Origin: Thermoplasmata archaeon
GTDB taxonomy: Archaea; Thermoplasmatota; Thermoplasmata; Sysuiplasmatales; Sysuiplasmataceae
Reading direction: 5' to 3'
Assembly (NCBI GenBank): GCA_021806165.1
Contig: JAJZXY010000003.1
Location: 18,496 to 82,495 of the forward strand
DNA: 64,000 nucleotides
Shown here: positions 9,187 through 18,915 of the stretch, one piece after another
Numbering within the stretch: position 1 is the first letter of the stretch
How the letters are laid out: the number at the start of each line of letters is the position of its first letter
Program-made: the position numbers and the translations under genes
The notes under the pieces: model-generated
Database searches by the model: none
The model's input: only the letters and a program-made list of their open reading frames with translations
Told to the model about the DNA's origin: nothing

Positions 9187-12100
9187 ATGAGATGCATGAC
9201 TGCGGGACGTGTGAGAACACTGCGTTCAGGGCAGTCAGATAGTCTTGTTCCGTCTTCAATCAGGCAGGGGCGATCGGAAGCGGCAAGGGTGGCCGGTGCA
9301 CTGGAAGCGGCAAGGGTGGCCTCCGGAGGAAGCGAGGCGTGCCTCTACTCCGCTGAAGGCCGGTTACTGCGCCTCCTTGCGCACTCAACCGCATCTGCTG
9401 ACAGGCCGCATGAATCTGTTGAAATCACATCCGACCATCCGCTTAACGACTGGTTGGAGGGTGCTGTGAACGGTGAGGACATAGCTTCTTACAGCTCCGG
9501 GGAGATGAGCTGGGTGCCGCTCGGCCCAGCCACGAATTCCAGCGTGCTGTCCCTGCGGCGGCCTACTGCAGGGATCGACGAGATCAGGGGATTGGCGCGC
9601 CTCCTGAACACAGTCCTGTACGGCGAATGGACTGTTGCGGGAGACGGCATCCTCCTTTCCTCCCTGGAAAGATTCGCTGCCATGCACCACGCCGGCAGCA
9701 GACTCGGCGATATGGCGGCTGTCCTGAAGGAATCCTGCTCCCTCGCATCTATTCAGCTTTACTGCGGGGCCGGTGACGGTGTGCAGCCTGACTTTGAGGT
9801 GGGAGATGCGGTGCCTGCAAGGAAGGAGGACATAGCGCAGGCAAGGCAGACAGGCATCCTGTCCACAAGGCTGAGAAGGGATGAGCAGCGGAATATCATG
9901 ATGGCAAGGGTGCTTGTGCCTGTCGATGGCAGGAAGGATGACAGGATCGTAGCGCTGTACGAACTTGAGGCCGACAGGGCGGATATCGCGCAGGTCGAGG
10001 AGACAGTCCGCATTTCGCTCAGGATTGCACTAGGTGTATCCGAAGAGCAGGCTCTTGTATCCAGGGCCTGGGCGGAGGTGATATGCCTGGCAGACAGGTC
10101 CGCGGCAGATGCATCCAAAGTGGTGGATGCGTCGACACAGCTCATCATAGAGACAGTTCTGGAGAGTCTTAGGGACAGGCATTTCATATCCGGCTACGGG
10201 GTCAGGTCAGAGGAGTCGCTCAAGACTGACGGACATGGAACGGCTGCAGCGGAGGCAGGCTCCGACAGGAAGCTTGAGGCACTGATGCAGAGATGCATCA
10301 GCCGGAGCGAAACAGTTATCGACAGGGCGGAGGGTGTGATTGTCTTCCCGGTCACTGATGATGAGGACAGGAGGTGGGCCGTTTCAGTGACAATGCGGGC
10401 AAGGCCGCACATCAGGACTGAAATGGTCCTTTGGGAACAGTTCGGCCCTGCATTCGGGATACTGGTGAGATCGTCTGTCATGAAGGCAAAGAACAGGAGG
10501 CAGATTTCGGAGATCAGGAGGCTGAGGAGTGGAGCATCCACCTTCCTGAATGTGATAGCTGCGATAGAGAATGCAGACGGAATGAAAAGGCTGATCGGCA
10601 GCTGTGCGGACGGCCTTTCTGCAATGACGCAGTGTGCATCCTTCGGTTTCATAATAGATGGGGAATCATACAGGCTGATTAGCCCTGAAGTAATGTCCCT
10701 CTCAATACCCAGGGAGAGGATGTCTTCAATCCTTGCAGGTTCGAAGGAGCTGGCAAGGTATGTGCATCAGGTTTCATTCGACAATGCAGGCGTTGAACTT
10801 GGCGACCTGACGGGAGGGGAAAAGGATGACATGCTCTACATGATGCCCGTGCTCTCCAGGAGGGGGGAGATGACAGGTGCGGTCTTCTGCCCCGCACAGG
10901 AAGGCTACTTCCTGAGGAGGACAAGGGAGGACACACTTTCAGCTGTCATGTCCATGACAAACCTGAGGGCTTCAGGAATGGAGTGGGCAGACGAGGCATC
11001 AACGGAAAGGAGCAAGAACAGGAAGGTCGAGGAAGTCATCTCAAGAATATGTCTTGCGGAGGGGGACAGCAGCATAGTGTCCTCCATAGTCGAGGCTGCC
11101 TCGGATCTTACCGGTTCGGACATAGCTGCGCTTGCCATAATGGATGTCGAGAAGAAGCAGCTGATATCAGGGAGCACAACAGGCATCGAGGTCGGGCAGG
11201 AGCACCTTCTGGACTGGCTCGGGAGCGGTGTAAGCGGCAGGATACTTAGGACGCTGGAACCCGAGATTGTCAATGACTACGGCAGCGACCCGGACATGAT
11301 GGAGGACGCGCTGCACAGGCTGAAATTCAAGAGGATTACAGGCGTGCCGGTGCGCATCGACATGAAGCACCGGGGCGTTCTCATTGCGGTCAACACAAAG
11401 GGCGGGGCGTATACAGGGGAGGATCTAAAGACGCTTGAACTGCTCTCCAACATGGCCTCGTATGCGATACGTGCGTCAAATGCCAGGTTAGAGAGGAGGA
11501 GGCTCGTGGATGACTTTGACAGCCTTCAGTCCGCAGAGCTGAAACTCTACTCCTCGAGGACATTCGAGGAGCTGATTGCGATGCTCGGAAATGAGGTGAA
11601 GAGCCTATTCCACGCATCCGCCGTGCTGATAGCAATGGATGTCAACAATGTCAAGAGGATCATGTATTCAACGGCGCAGGAGATAGAGGAGGGCGACGTG
11701 GTCTACAACAGCGGCTCCATAGGGCTGCAGTTTGACGAGTTGCAGCACTCTGCCAGGGTAGTTGAAAGGGCGAGCCTCGAGGAGGAATGGTCGAGGACCC
11801 TGGAAACAAACGAGCTGCTGCTTGTGAAGGCGGGCTTCCAGACAGAGGCCATAGTGATTGCAGCAGTCAACGGAGCATCCGCCCCGAAATTCGGCGCAGA
11901 TGACATTGAGAAGCTGGGGAAGCTGTCAAAGATAGCATCGACAGCGCTGGACAAGACCAGGCTGCTGAGCGGAATCAACCAGAAGCTGAAGCACATAGAG
12001 ATAGTGCACACCATTATCGACGCGCTTGTTTACGGGAAAAAGGACTACGAGATATTCGACAGCGTCCTTCCCACACTTGTCGACATGTGCGGTGCGGATC

Positions 12101-12528
12101 TCGGCCTTCTCTGGAAATATGACAGGAAGAATGAGAAGCTCAAGATATCTGCGGAGCACTACAGGAACAGGGAGACGGAGCATCTCGTCGGCTATGAGGT
12201 GTCCTCAAAGAAGGGGATTGTCGGAAGCGTTGTTTCCAACAAGATGCCTGTGCTTATTGCAAACGCCGCCATAGACAACAAGGCTGTGCACATCAGCGGC
12301 ACAAATATGGAGAAGTTCGAAAGCGTCCTGGGAGTCCCCCTCATAGTAAGAAGAGAGCTGCTGGGGGTGCTGATGATTTACAGGGACAACCCGCCACCCT
12401 TCACATCGGTGGAGCTTGATGTGCTTACAAGCGTGGCCAACGACATTTCACTGGTCATGGCAAAGCACAGCAGGGAGCCGGGCATTAGTGCGGAGGGCAG
12501 CGCAGCCGGGGGAGCGGGAAAGCAGTAG
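9187..12528 (+). CDS. large multi-GAF-domain protein without a recognisable output domain (alternative start 9196)
   Basis: GAF motifs: GVSGRILRTLEPEIVNDY...GVPVRI...GVLIAVN...YTGEDLKTLELLSN and GIVGSVVSNKMPVLIANA...GVPLIV...LGVLMI...FTSVELDVLTSVA. Confidence 0.85.
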   Translation: MRCMTAGRVRTLRSGQSDSLVPSSIRQGRSEAARVAGALEAARVASGGSEACLYSAEGRLLRLLAHSTASADRPHESVEITSDHPLNDWLEGAVNGEDIASYSSGEMSWVPLGPATNSSVLSLRRPTAGIDEIRGLARLLNTVLYGEWTVAGDGILLSSLERFAAMHHAGSRLGDMAAVLKESCSLASIQLYCGAGDGVQPDFEVGDAVPARKEDIAQARQTGILSTRLRRDEQRNIMMARVLVPVDGRKDDRIVALYELEADRADIAQVEETVRISLRIALGVSEEQALVSRAWAEVICLADRSAADASKVVDASTQLIIETVLESLRDRHFISGYGVRSEESLKTDGHGTAAAEAGSDRKLEALMQRCISRSETVIDRAEGVIVFPVTDDEDRRWAVSVTMRARPHIRTEMVLWEQFGPAFGILVRSSVMKAKNRRQISEIRRLRSGASTFLNVIAAIENADGMKRLIGSCADGLSAMTQCASFGFIIDGESYRLISPEVMSLSIPRERMSSILAGSKELARYVHQVSFDNAGVELGDLTGGEKDDMLYMMPVLSRRGEMTGAVFCPAQEGYFLRRTREDTLSAVMSMTNLRASGMEWADEASTERSKNRKVEEVISRICLAEGDSSIVSSIVEAASDLTGSDIAALAIMDVEKKQLISGSTTGIEVGQEHLLDWLGSGVSGRILRTLEPEIVNDYGSDPDMMEDALHRLKFKRITGVPVRIDMKHRGVLIAVNTKGGAYTGEDLKTLELLSNMASYAIRASNARLERRRLVDDFDSLQSAELKLYSSRTFEELIAMLGNEVKSLFHASAVLIAMDVNNVKRIMYSTAQEIEEGDVVYNSGSIGLQFDELQHSARVVERASLEEEWSRTLETNELLLVKAGFQTEAIVIAAVNGASAPKFGADDIEKLGKLSKIASTALDKTRLLSGINQKLKHIEIVHTIIDALVYGKKDYEIFDSVLPTLVDMCGADLGLLWKYDRKNEKLKISAEHYRNRETEHLVGYEVSSKKGIVGSVVSNKMPVLIANAAIDNKAVHISGTNMEKFESVLGVPLIVRRELLGVLMIYRDNPPPFTSVELDVLTSVANDISLVMAKHSREPGISAEGSAAGGAGKQ

Positions 12529-12588
12529 GTCGATGGCAACTGCAAAGATAATAAGAGATGCAAATGATAGCCCTGAACGGACATCAAC

Positions 12589-13761
12589 ATGCCTAGCGGA
12601 GTCTTCAGGGATATATCCAAGCTGTCGTTCGACTACGTTCCGGAAAAGCTGCTGCACAGGGAGGAGCAGTGGAGGAGGCTCGAGGTCATGTTCGATCCAG
12701 TGGCACAGGGGGGCTACAGCCAGAATGTCCTGCTTGTGGGAAGCATTGGCACCGGCAAGACGGTCACATCCAAGCGGTTCTGCACGGAGCTCGCCTTCAA
12801 TGCCAGAAGGCACGGAAGGAGCATCGAGTGGACAATTGTCAACTGCAGGCAGAGGAACAGCGAGGCATCCACGCTCCTCAAGATGATAAACTATTTCGAC
12901 CCCAACTTTCCAGACAGGGGTTTCTCATCCCAGGAGCTCAGAAAGGTGCTCAGGAAGCACATAGAGAAGAGGGGTGACCACTGCATCTTTGTCCTTGACG
13001 AGGTGGATGCGCTCTTCAGGAGCGGGGCCAGCGATCTCGTCTACTTCCTGAGCAGGCTTCCCGAGGAGTCGGACACGCTGAAGAACAAGGTATCCCTCAT
13101 ACTCATCTCGCAGAGGCATGTGTTTGACATGCTCGACATGTCTGCCCTTTCCACATTCAAGAGGACGAACGTCATCGAGTTTGGCAAGTATACCAAGGAG
13201 CAGCTCTTCGACATCATATCCGCCAGGGCGGAGCTGGCACTGGTGAGCGGGACATACGATGACGAGATACTCGACCTGATAGCCGACATTGCCAGCGAGT
13301 GGGGTGATGCGAGGTTTGCGATAGAGATGCTTGAGAAGTCAGGCATGCTGGCAAACGAAAGGCTCGGCGAAGGCATAACAACAGAGGATGTGCGGGGTGC
13401 CAAGGCTGCAACCTATGCGTTTGTGACCGAGGAGAGGGTTGCGGGACTGAACCAGGACCAGATGCTAATCCTGCTGGCAACGGCAAGGATGCTGAGGAAC
13501 AAGGCATACGCCGAAACATCTGAGGTGGAGAAGAGCTACAGGATTGCATGCGAGGAGCATGATGTCAAGCCGAGAGCCCACACACAGTTCTATTCGCATG
13601 TCAAGGACCTGGCTGGTCTGGGGCTGCTCGACATCAGGTCGAAGAAGGGTAGCGTTGCAGGCATGACGAACATGATTACAATGCTGGACATACCGGCCGA
13701 CGTGATGTCGCAGCAGATTGAACAGCTGCTGCGATCGAAGAAAAGCAAAAAGAGGAGGTAG
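12589..13761 (+). CDS. cdc6: Orc1/Cdc6 replication initiator family protein
   Basis: DYVPEKLLHREEQ, Walker A GSIGTGKT, Walker B VLDEVD, GDARFAI, C-terminal winged helix. Confidence 0.93.
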   Translation: MPSGVFRDISKLSFDYVPEKLLHREEQWRRLEVMFDPVAQGGYSQNVLLVGSIGTGKTVTSKRFCTELAFNARRHGRSIEWTIVNCRQRNSEASTLLKMINYFDPNFPDRGFSSQELRKVLRKHIEKRGDHCIFVLDEVDALFRSGASDLVYFLSRLPEESDTLKNKVSLILISQRHVFDMLDMSALSTFKRTNVIEFGKYTKEQLFDIISARAELALVSGTYDDEILDLIADIASEWGDARFAIEMLEKSGMLANERLGEGITTEDVRGAKAATYAFVTEERVAGLNQDQMLILLATARMLRNKAYAETSEVEKSYRIACEEHDVKPRAHTQFYSHVKDLAGLGLLDIRSKKGSVAGMTNMITMLDIPADVMSQQIEQLLRSKKSKKRR

Positions 13762-13773
13762 ACCGGTGGCGGC

Positions 13774-14901
13774 ATGGAGGATGCTGTATTGAAAAGGACT
13801 CCGCTTTACTCAGAGCATGTTGCCCTCGGAGGGCACATGGTGGATTTTGCGGGCTGGGAAATGCCGCTGCACTACGGCTCAATCATTGAGGAGCACATGG
13901 CTGTCCGCGAACGGGTCGGGCTGTTTGATGTTTCCCACATGGGTGAGCTTCTCTTCAGGGGTGACAGCGCCGCTTCCGGCCTCGACAGGCTCTCGACCAA
14001 CAGCCTGGCCGGAAGGGAGGCAGGCACATGCACTTACACGCACCATCTTGACGGACGCGGCATGATCATCGATGACACAATCGCCACAAGGATATCGCGG
14101 GACGAATTCCTCACCGTCCCCAACGCGTCCAAGACAGGAGAGATACTTGACTGGGTTGGAAGCAGGGCAGGATGCGAAGTGGAGGACGTTTCGGACAGCG
14201 TGTGCTGCCTTGCGCTCCAGGGGCCGCAGGCCATCAGCGTGGCCGAGAAGGTTGCACCGGAGGCTGCGGGGCTGGGAAGCTTCAGGGGGCTATTCACCGG
14301 AGAGGGAAGCGGAAACTTCATCGAAAGGCTTGGCGCCGGTGGGATGTACATATCCAGGACGGGCTACACGGGAGAGGACGGCTTCGAATTCTTTGTCCAC
14401 AGCAGCCGGGGCGCGGCCCTGTGGAGCAGGCTGATGGCCGAAGGCGGCAGCCATGGCATCAGTCCCGTCGGACTGGGAGCGAGGGACTCACTCCGCCTGG
14501 AAAAGTGCTACCTGCTGTCGGGGACGGACTTTGACGGTTCACAGACGACGCTAGAAACGGGGTATAACTGGATTATCGACTGGAACCACGAATTTATAGG
14601 AAGGGAGGCGCTGGAAAGGCAGAGGGAGAAGGGGGCCTACCCGAGGCTTACCTCATTCCTGACTGACGGCAAGGTTATTCCAAGGCACGGTGATGCTGTC
14701 AGGGGGGATGGTGCAAGGGGGAATGTGACAAGCGGCGGCTACTCTCCTCTGCTGGGCAGGGCTGTCGCCATGGGCTACCTGGACGTTCCTGCGGAAGCCG
14801 GTTCCAGGGTAACGATAAGCGTAAGGGGCAGGGAAATAGGGGCGGCAGTCGTGAAGCCGCCCTTCGTCAGGGCCAGGAAGAAGTCAGGGGTAGATGCGTG
14901 A
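13774..14901 (+). CDS. gcvT: glycine cleavage system T protein (aminomethyltransferase)
   Basis: FAGWEMPLHY, LFDVSHMG, SRTGYTGEDGFE, GLGARDSLRLE. Confidence 0.95.
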   Translation: MEDAVLKRTPLYSEHVALGGHMVDFAGWEMPLHYGSIIEEHMAVRERVGLFDVSHMGELLFRGDSAASGLDRLSTNSLAGREAGTCTYTHHLDGRGMIIDDTIATRISRDEFLTVPNASKTGEILDWVGSRAGCEVEDVSDSVCCLALQGPQAISVAEKVAPEAAGLGSFRGLFTGEGSGNFIERLGAGGMYISRTGYTGEDGFEFFVHSSRGAALWSRLMAEGGSHGISPVGLGARDSLRLEKCYLLSGTDFDGSQTTLETGYNWIIDWNHEFIGREALERQREKGAYPRLTSFLTDGKVIPRHGDAVRGDGARGNVTSGGYSPLLGRAVAMGYLDVPAEAGSRVTISVRGREIGAAVVKPPFVRARKKSGVDA

Positions 14902-16185
14902 CGGTGTTCTCGGGAAGGGTGTTGCATCCCTGATGTGCTCAAGCCTGCACAGCCACCTCACCACCCTCTCAATCCCCATGCCGAAGCCTGAGTGTGTGAC
15001 TGAGCCGTACTTCCTCAGGTCAAGGTACCACCTGTAGGGCTCCATTGAAATGTTCTGCTCATTCATCCGCTGGACAAGCTTGTCATAGTCTGTTTCCCTC
15101 TCGCTCCCGCCTATAATCTCCCCGAAGCCCTCGGGGGCAAGCATGTCGGCGCACTTGTATGTCCTCGTGTCTTCCTCATTGTCCTTCATATAGAACGCCT
15201 TCAGCTGCTTCGGGTAGCTGGTTACGAAAAGGGGCTTTTCAAACTCCTCAGTCAGCAGCCTCTCCTCCTCGGTGCCCAGGTCATCACCCCATTCGAGCTC
15301 CTTCCCCTTTCCGTTCAGTATCTCCACCGCCCTGGTATAGGTGATGCGCTCAAATGGAGGCTCTATCGCCTTCAGCTCTCCGGCGCTCCTCCCGAGTATC
15401 TCCAGCTCCTGCTTCCTGCGGGATGCTACCGCGGACGCTATGGCGCTGACAAGCTCCTCCTGTATCTTCATATTCCCTGCGTTGTCGACCCATGCCTCCT
15501 CGGCCTCCATGTGCCAGTACTCGGTCAGGTGCCTTGGTGTCCTCGACTTCTCAGCCCTGAAGGAAGGGGTCAGCGCGAACACCTTCTCCAGGCTGACAGT
15601 CATTGCCTCGAGGTACATCTGGGCACTCTGGCTCAGGTATGCCTCCTGGCCGAAGTATTTCAGTGAGAAGAGCGTCGTTCCACCCTCGCAGGCGTTGGTG
15701 GTCAGTATGGGCGGGGTAACCTCGAAGAAGGCGTTGGCCCGGAACCATTCCCTGGCCCCCTGCAGCACGCTCTCCTTGATCTTCATGACCGCGGTCTGCT
15801 CCCGCGAGCGTATCCACAGATGCCTGTTGTCCAGCAGGAAAGGCTCGCTCTGGTTGGCTGTTATCGGAAAGGGGTCGGCAAAGGAGACGACACGGTAGTT
15901 CAGCACCCTGAGTTCGAACCCGCCCGGGGCGCGCTCATCCCTCTTCAGCTCCCCTGTGCATTCCACCGACGACTCGATGAGAGCCTTCTGTGCCCCGGAA
16001 AACTCCTCCGCCGGCACATCCGACTTCTTGATGGTGCACTGTATGATGCCTGTCTGGTCCCTTATGACTGAAAAGACTATCGACCCGCTGCTCCTTGTCC
16101 TGTATATCCAGCCGCGGATTGAATATGTGGCGCCTTCACGGCCCGAAGTCAGTATCTCCTGTATATGCGTGTGACTATCTGGCAA
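14884..16185 (-). CDS. asnS: asparagine--tRNA ligase
   Basis: OB fold, NRHLWIRS, AYLSQSAQMYLE, FRAEKSRTPRHLTEYWH, GEIIGGSERE, GFGMGIER. Confidence 0.93.
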   Translation of the reverse strand: MPDSHTHIQEILTSGREGATYSIRGWIYRTRSSGSIVFSVIRDQTGIIQCTIKKSDVPAEEFSGAQKALIESSVECTGELKRDERAPGGFELRVLNYRVVSFADPFPITANQSEPFLLDNRHLWIRSREQTAVMKIKESVLQGAREWFRANAFFEVTPPILTTNACEGGTTLFSLKYFGQEAYLSQSAQMYLEAMTVSLEKVFALTPSFRAEKSRTPRHLTEYWHMEAEEAWVDNAGNMKIQEELVSAIASAVASRRKQELEILGRSAGELKAIEPPFERITYTRAVEILNGKGKELEWGDDLGTEEERLLTEEFEKPLFVTSYPKQLKAFYMKDNEEDTRTYKCADMLAPEGFGEIIGGSERETDYDKLVQRMNEQNISMEPYRWYLDLRKYGSVTHSGFGMGIERVVRWLCRLEHIRDATPFPRTPSRIYP

Positions 16186-16301
16186 TACACTTCACTTGAA
16201 TGTTTAGATGATGACCACCTAATAAAGCATAACCATGCGCCCCCTGCACTGCTCCGCCTGCGAAGGTTCAAGAAGTTTTATTAGCAGGATGATTTTAGTC
16301 G

Positions 16302-17285
16302 GTGGCGATGCAGGACCAGGGGTCAGGGAAGAGAAGGATATCGGCTTCGACTGTTGTCATAATAGCCCTGATTCTGATCGGGGCGGGCCTTATCAGCTAC
16401 TCTTCATACGGTTACTTCACCGCATCCAGGGCCAAGGCGCCGCTCACTGTCCAGTCCGGTGACCAGGTTTATGTGAACTACACCGGCCAGTACACCAACA
16501 ACCTTGTGTTCGACACATCGATGCTGTCTGTGGCCCAGAACAACGCCACTTACCCGAAAGCTCCAGGTTTCACCTGGAGGGGGACAAGCGGCTACAAGGC
16601 ACTGCAGATTACAAAAGTGGGAAGCGGTCAGGTGGTGGCAGGATTCGACCAGGGGCTCATAGGAATGGCTGTAAACCAGACCAAGACCATTGTGATCCCG
16701 CCTGACCTCGGCTACGGCCCCCTCAACACATCACTTCTGAGCTACCTTCCACTCTACCAGAACATAACGATGGTCCACACGACCACCATAGCCACCTTCC
16801 AGAGCGATTTCGGCGAGGCGCCGTCGGTCGGGCTCGTGGTCCGCGATCCATTCTGGGGATGGAACATACAGGTGCTGAGCAGCGGCAACGGGACGGCAAC
16901 ATACCAGTACCAGCCTTCCGCTGGAATGACAGTCTACCCGTACAAACTGAACTCCACCACTGTCGCGGGCATGGGAGGCTTCCCGGTCAGGGTGATAAGC
17001 GTCACCAGCTCGGCCAACAACGGCTCCGGTTTCATAGAGATACACAATGACATCACAAACGCCATGGTGAAGGCGCTCGGAGGCACATCCCCGACAGGTT
17101 CGCATTTCCTCATCTGGGGTGTCAACTCAAACGGAACGGCGACGCTCAATTTCAACCAGCCAACTGTCGGACGGTACCTCTATTTCACCATCACGGTGAC
17201 TTACATAAGCAACCCGACAACCGGAAAGAGCGTGGGAATTCCCGGATATGATATCTACGCATCTGTTTCCAGGACTGACTTGTAG
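16302..17285 (+). CDS. membrane-anchored extracellular FKBP-type peptidyl-prolyl isomerase with expanded insert
   Basis: N-terminal TM; GDQVYVNYTG..VFDTS, GSGQVVAGFDQGLIGM, IPPDLGYG, LNFNQPTVGRYLYFTITV (SlyD-like). Confidence 0.85.
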   Translation: MAMQDQGSGKRRISASTVVIIALILIGAGLISYSSYGYFTASRAKAPLTVQSGDQVYVNYTGQYTNNLVFDTSMLSVAQNNATYPKAPGFTWRGTSGYKALQITKVGSGQVVAGFDQGLIGMAVNQTKTIVIPPDLGYGPLNTSLLSYLPLYQNITMVHTTTIATFQSDFGEAPSVGLVVRDPFWGWNIQVLSSGNGTATYQYQPSAGMTVYPYKLNSTTVAGMGGFPVRVISVTSSANNGSGFIEIHNDITNAMVKALGGTSPTGSHFLIWGVNSNGTATLNFNQPTVGRYLYFTITVTYISNPTTGKSVGIPGYDIYASVSRTDL

Positions 17286-18310
17286 ACGCGCTCGGCATCC
17301 GCGGCAATCCTGTCCCATGAGAACAGTTCGGCCCGTCGCCTGCCCTCTGCACCGAGGGACTCTGCAAGGCCGCCGTCATTCCAAAGAGTTTTCATCGCGG
17401 CAGCCATCGACGAGGCGTCACCCCTGTCTACCATGATGCCGCCACCTCCGACGACCTCTGGAATGCCCCCCACCCTTGATGCTATCACAGGCTTGGAGTG
17501 CTCCATGGCCTCGAGGGCTACGAGCCCGAAAGCCTCCTGCAGGGACGGGAGGACAAGGAATGTGCAGCTTCTCAGGAGTTCCTCCTTCTCCTCATCGCTG
17601 ACGCTTCCCAGAACCTCTATGCCGTCCCCTGCATGGCGTTTCAGGTAGGCGAGGAGGGGGCCGCTGCCCGCAATCTTCAGCGGGATGCGTGATTCCCCTG
17701 CCGCCCTCAGGGCATACTTGAGCCCCTTCGTCGATACCAGCCTCCCGATGAAGAGTGCAAAACGGCCATCGGCAATAGCCCGCTGGCGAATCTCTATTCC
17801 GTTGTAGGATGTTGAAATGAGCGAATCAGGGATACGCCTGGCGAGCTGGTGGCGGATAAAGTCAGATACAGCAAAGACATGGTCGACCCTCCTCAGCTTC
17901 CTGACAAATGACAGGTCATTGGCATAGGAGAGCGCCTTCAGCAGCCCCGTCCCCTCGCCGAAATGGTTGTGGAAGGTCATGACCTTCCGGCTGCGGCTGC
18001 CGAAGAACGCCCTGTTGTAGGAGCCTGACCACCTGTAATGGTAGTCTATCAGGTCGGGGCCTATCGAGCTGATTGTCTCTTCAATCCCAGTGCTAGCCAC
18101 GTAGGGCGGATTGTACTTCCCGAAATACCTGCTGGGAAGCCTGATGACCCTGGCCCCTGATATCCTCTCCTCCCCGTCCGTCCCGGGCAGCCTGGAGGTG
18201 ACTATAACCATCTCGTGCCTGCCGGAGAGCCTGGAGGAAATTGCGCTGATGCGCTTCTCGATTCCGCCATTGTAGGGGAGAAAGAACGGGTTCAGCTGAA
18301 CAATTCTCAA
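17255..18310 (-). CDS. glycosyltransferase family 4
   Basis: GGIEK, FIGRLVSTKG, EAFGLVALEAM (EX7E), SRVGGIPE. Confidence 0.92.
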   Translation of the reverse strand: MRIVQLNPFFLPYNGGIEKRISAISSRLSGRHEMVIVTSRLPGTDGEERISGARVIRLPSRYFGKYNPPYVASTGIEETISSIGPDLIDYHYRWSGSYNRAFFGSRSRKVMTFHNHFGEGTGLLKALSYANDLSFVRKLRRVDHVFAVSDFIRHQLARRIPDSLISTSYNGIEIRQRAIADGRFALFIGRLVSTKGLKYALRAAGESRIPLKIAGSGPLLAYLKRHAGDGIEVLGSVSDEEKEELLRSCTFLVLPSLQEAFGLVALEAMEHSKPVIASRVGGIPEVVGGGGIMVDRGDASSMAAAMKTLWNDGGLAESLGAEGRRRAELFSWDRIAADAERVYKSVLETDA

Positions 18311-18915
18311 GCCGGCCCCCCTTCAGCGCCTTTCCTCATCCGCCTCCTCCTGACGGATGAGAGCATGAAGCTCACACCGATCAGGACCGCCACAGCAGCT
18401 ATCGTGAAGAGTTCTGCCAGTGTGCCGTTTGAAAGGTAGTAGAGAAGGGTGGATGCCATTGCTATCAGCAGAGAGTACTTCGCGGCACCTCCCGCGAAAT
18501 TGTAGAGGATGCTCCTGCCAAATGGCCAGTCGCAGGTCGCTATGAAGGCGCCGAGAAAGGGTATCACAGGCGCAACCCTGTTGAGAAGAATGGCCTTCTC
18601 ATCCGGCACAATCAGGAACTTGGAATACCCGACTATCCTCTTCTTCATCCAGGCTGGCAGCCTGAAACGCGTGAACAGGAGGTAAAGGGTGGTTACGCCG
18701 CAGAACTCAGCTACGCTGAGCGTTATGACCATGAGCACGGCAAACGAGGGAGTTGGCTGCGCCATGAAAATCACGACGGTGAAAAGCTCCGGCAGCGTCG
18801 GTATGAAGGTGGCATCGAAGTAGAATATCAGGAACAGTGTGAGCAGCAGTCCGCCGATGCCCAGAGGGCTGAAAAGCCCGTATACAAAGGAGCCGATGGA
18901 AAGCATCCAGATCAT
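18307..18915 (-). CDS. membrane protein, DedA-like
   Basis: Multiple TM segments, FIPTLPE and NRVAPVIP motifs; overlapping stop/start with both flanking GT4 genes. Confidence 0.65.
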   Translation of the reverse strand: MIWMLSIGSFVYGLFSPLGIGGLLLTLFLIFYFDATFIPTLPELFTVVIFMAQPTPSFAVLMVITLSVAEFCGVTTLYLLFTRFRLPAWMKKRIVGYSKFLIVPDEKAILLNRVAPVIPFLGAFIATCDWPFGRSILYNFAGGAAKYSLLIAMASTLLYYLSNGTLAELFTIAAVAVLIGVSFMLSSVRRRRMRKGAEGGPA

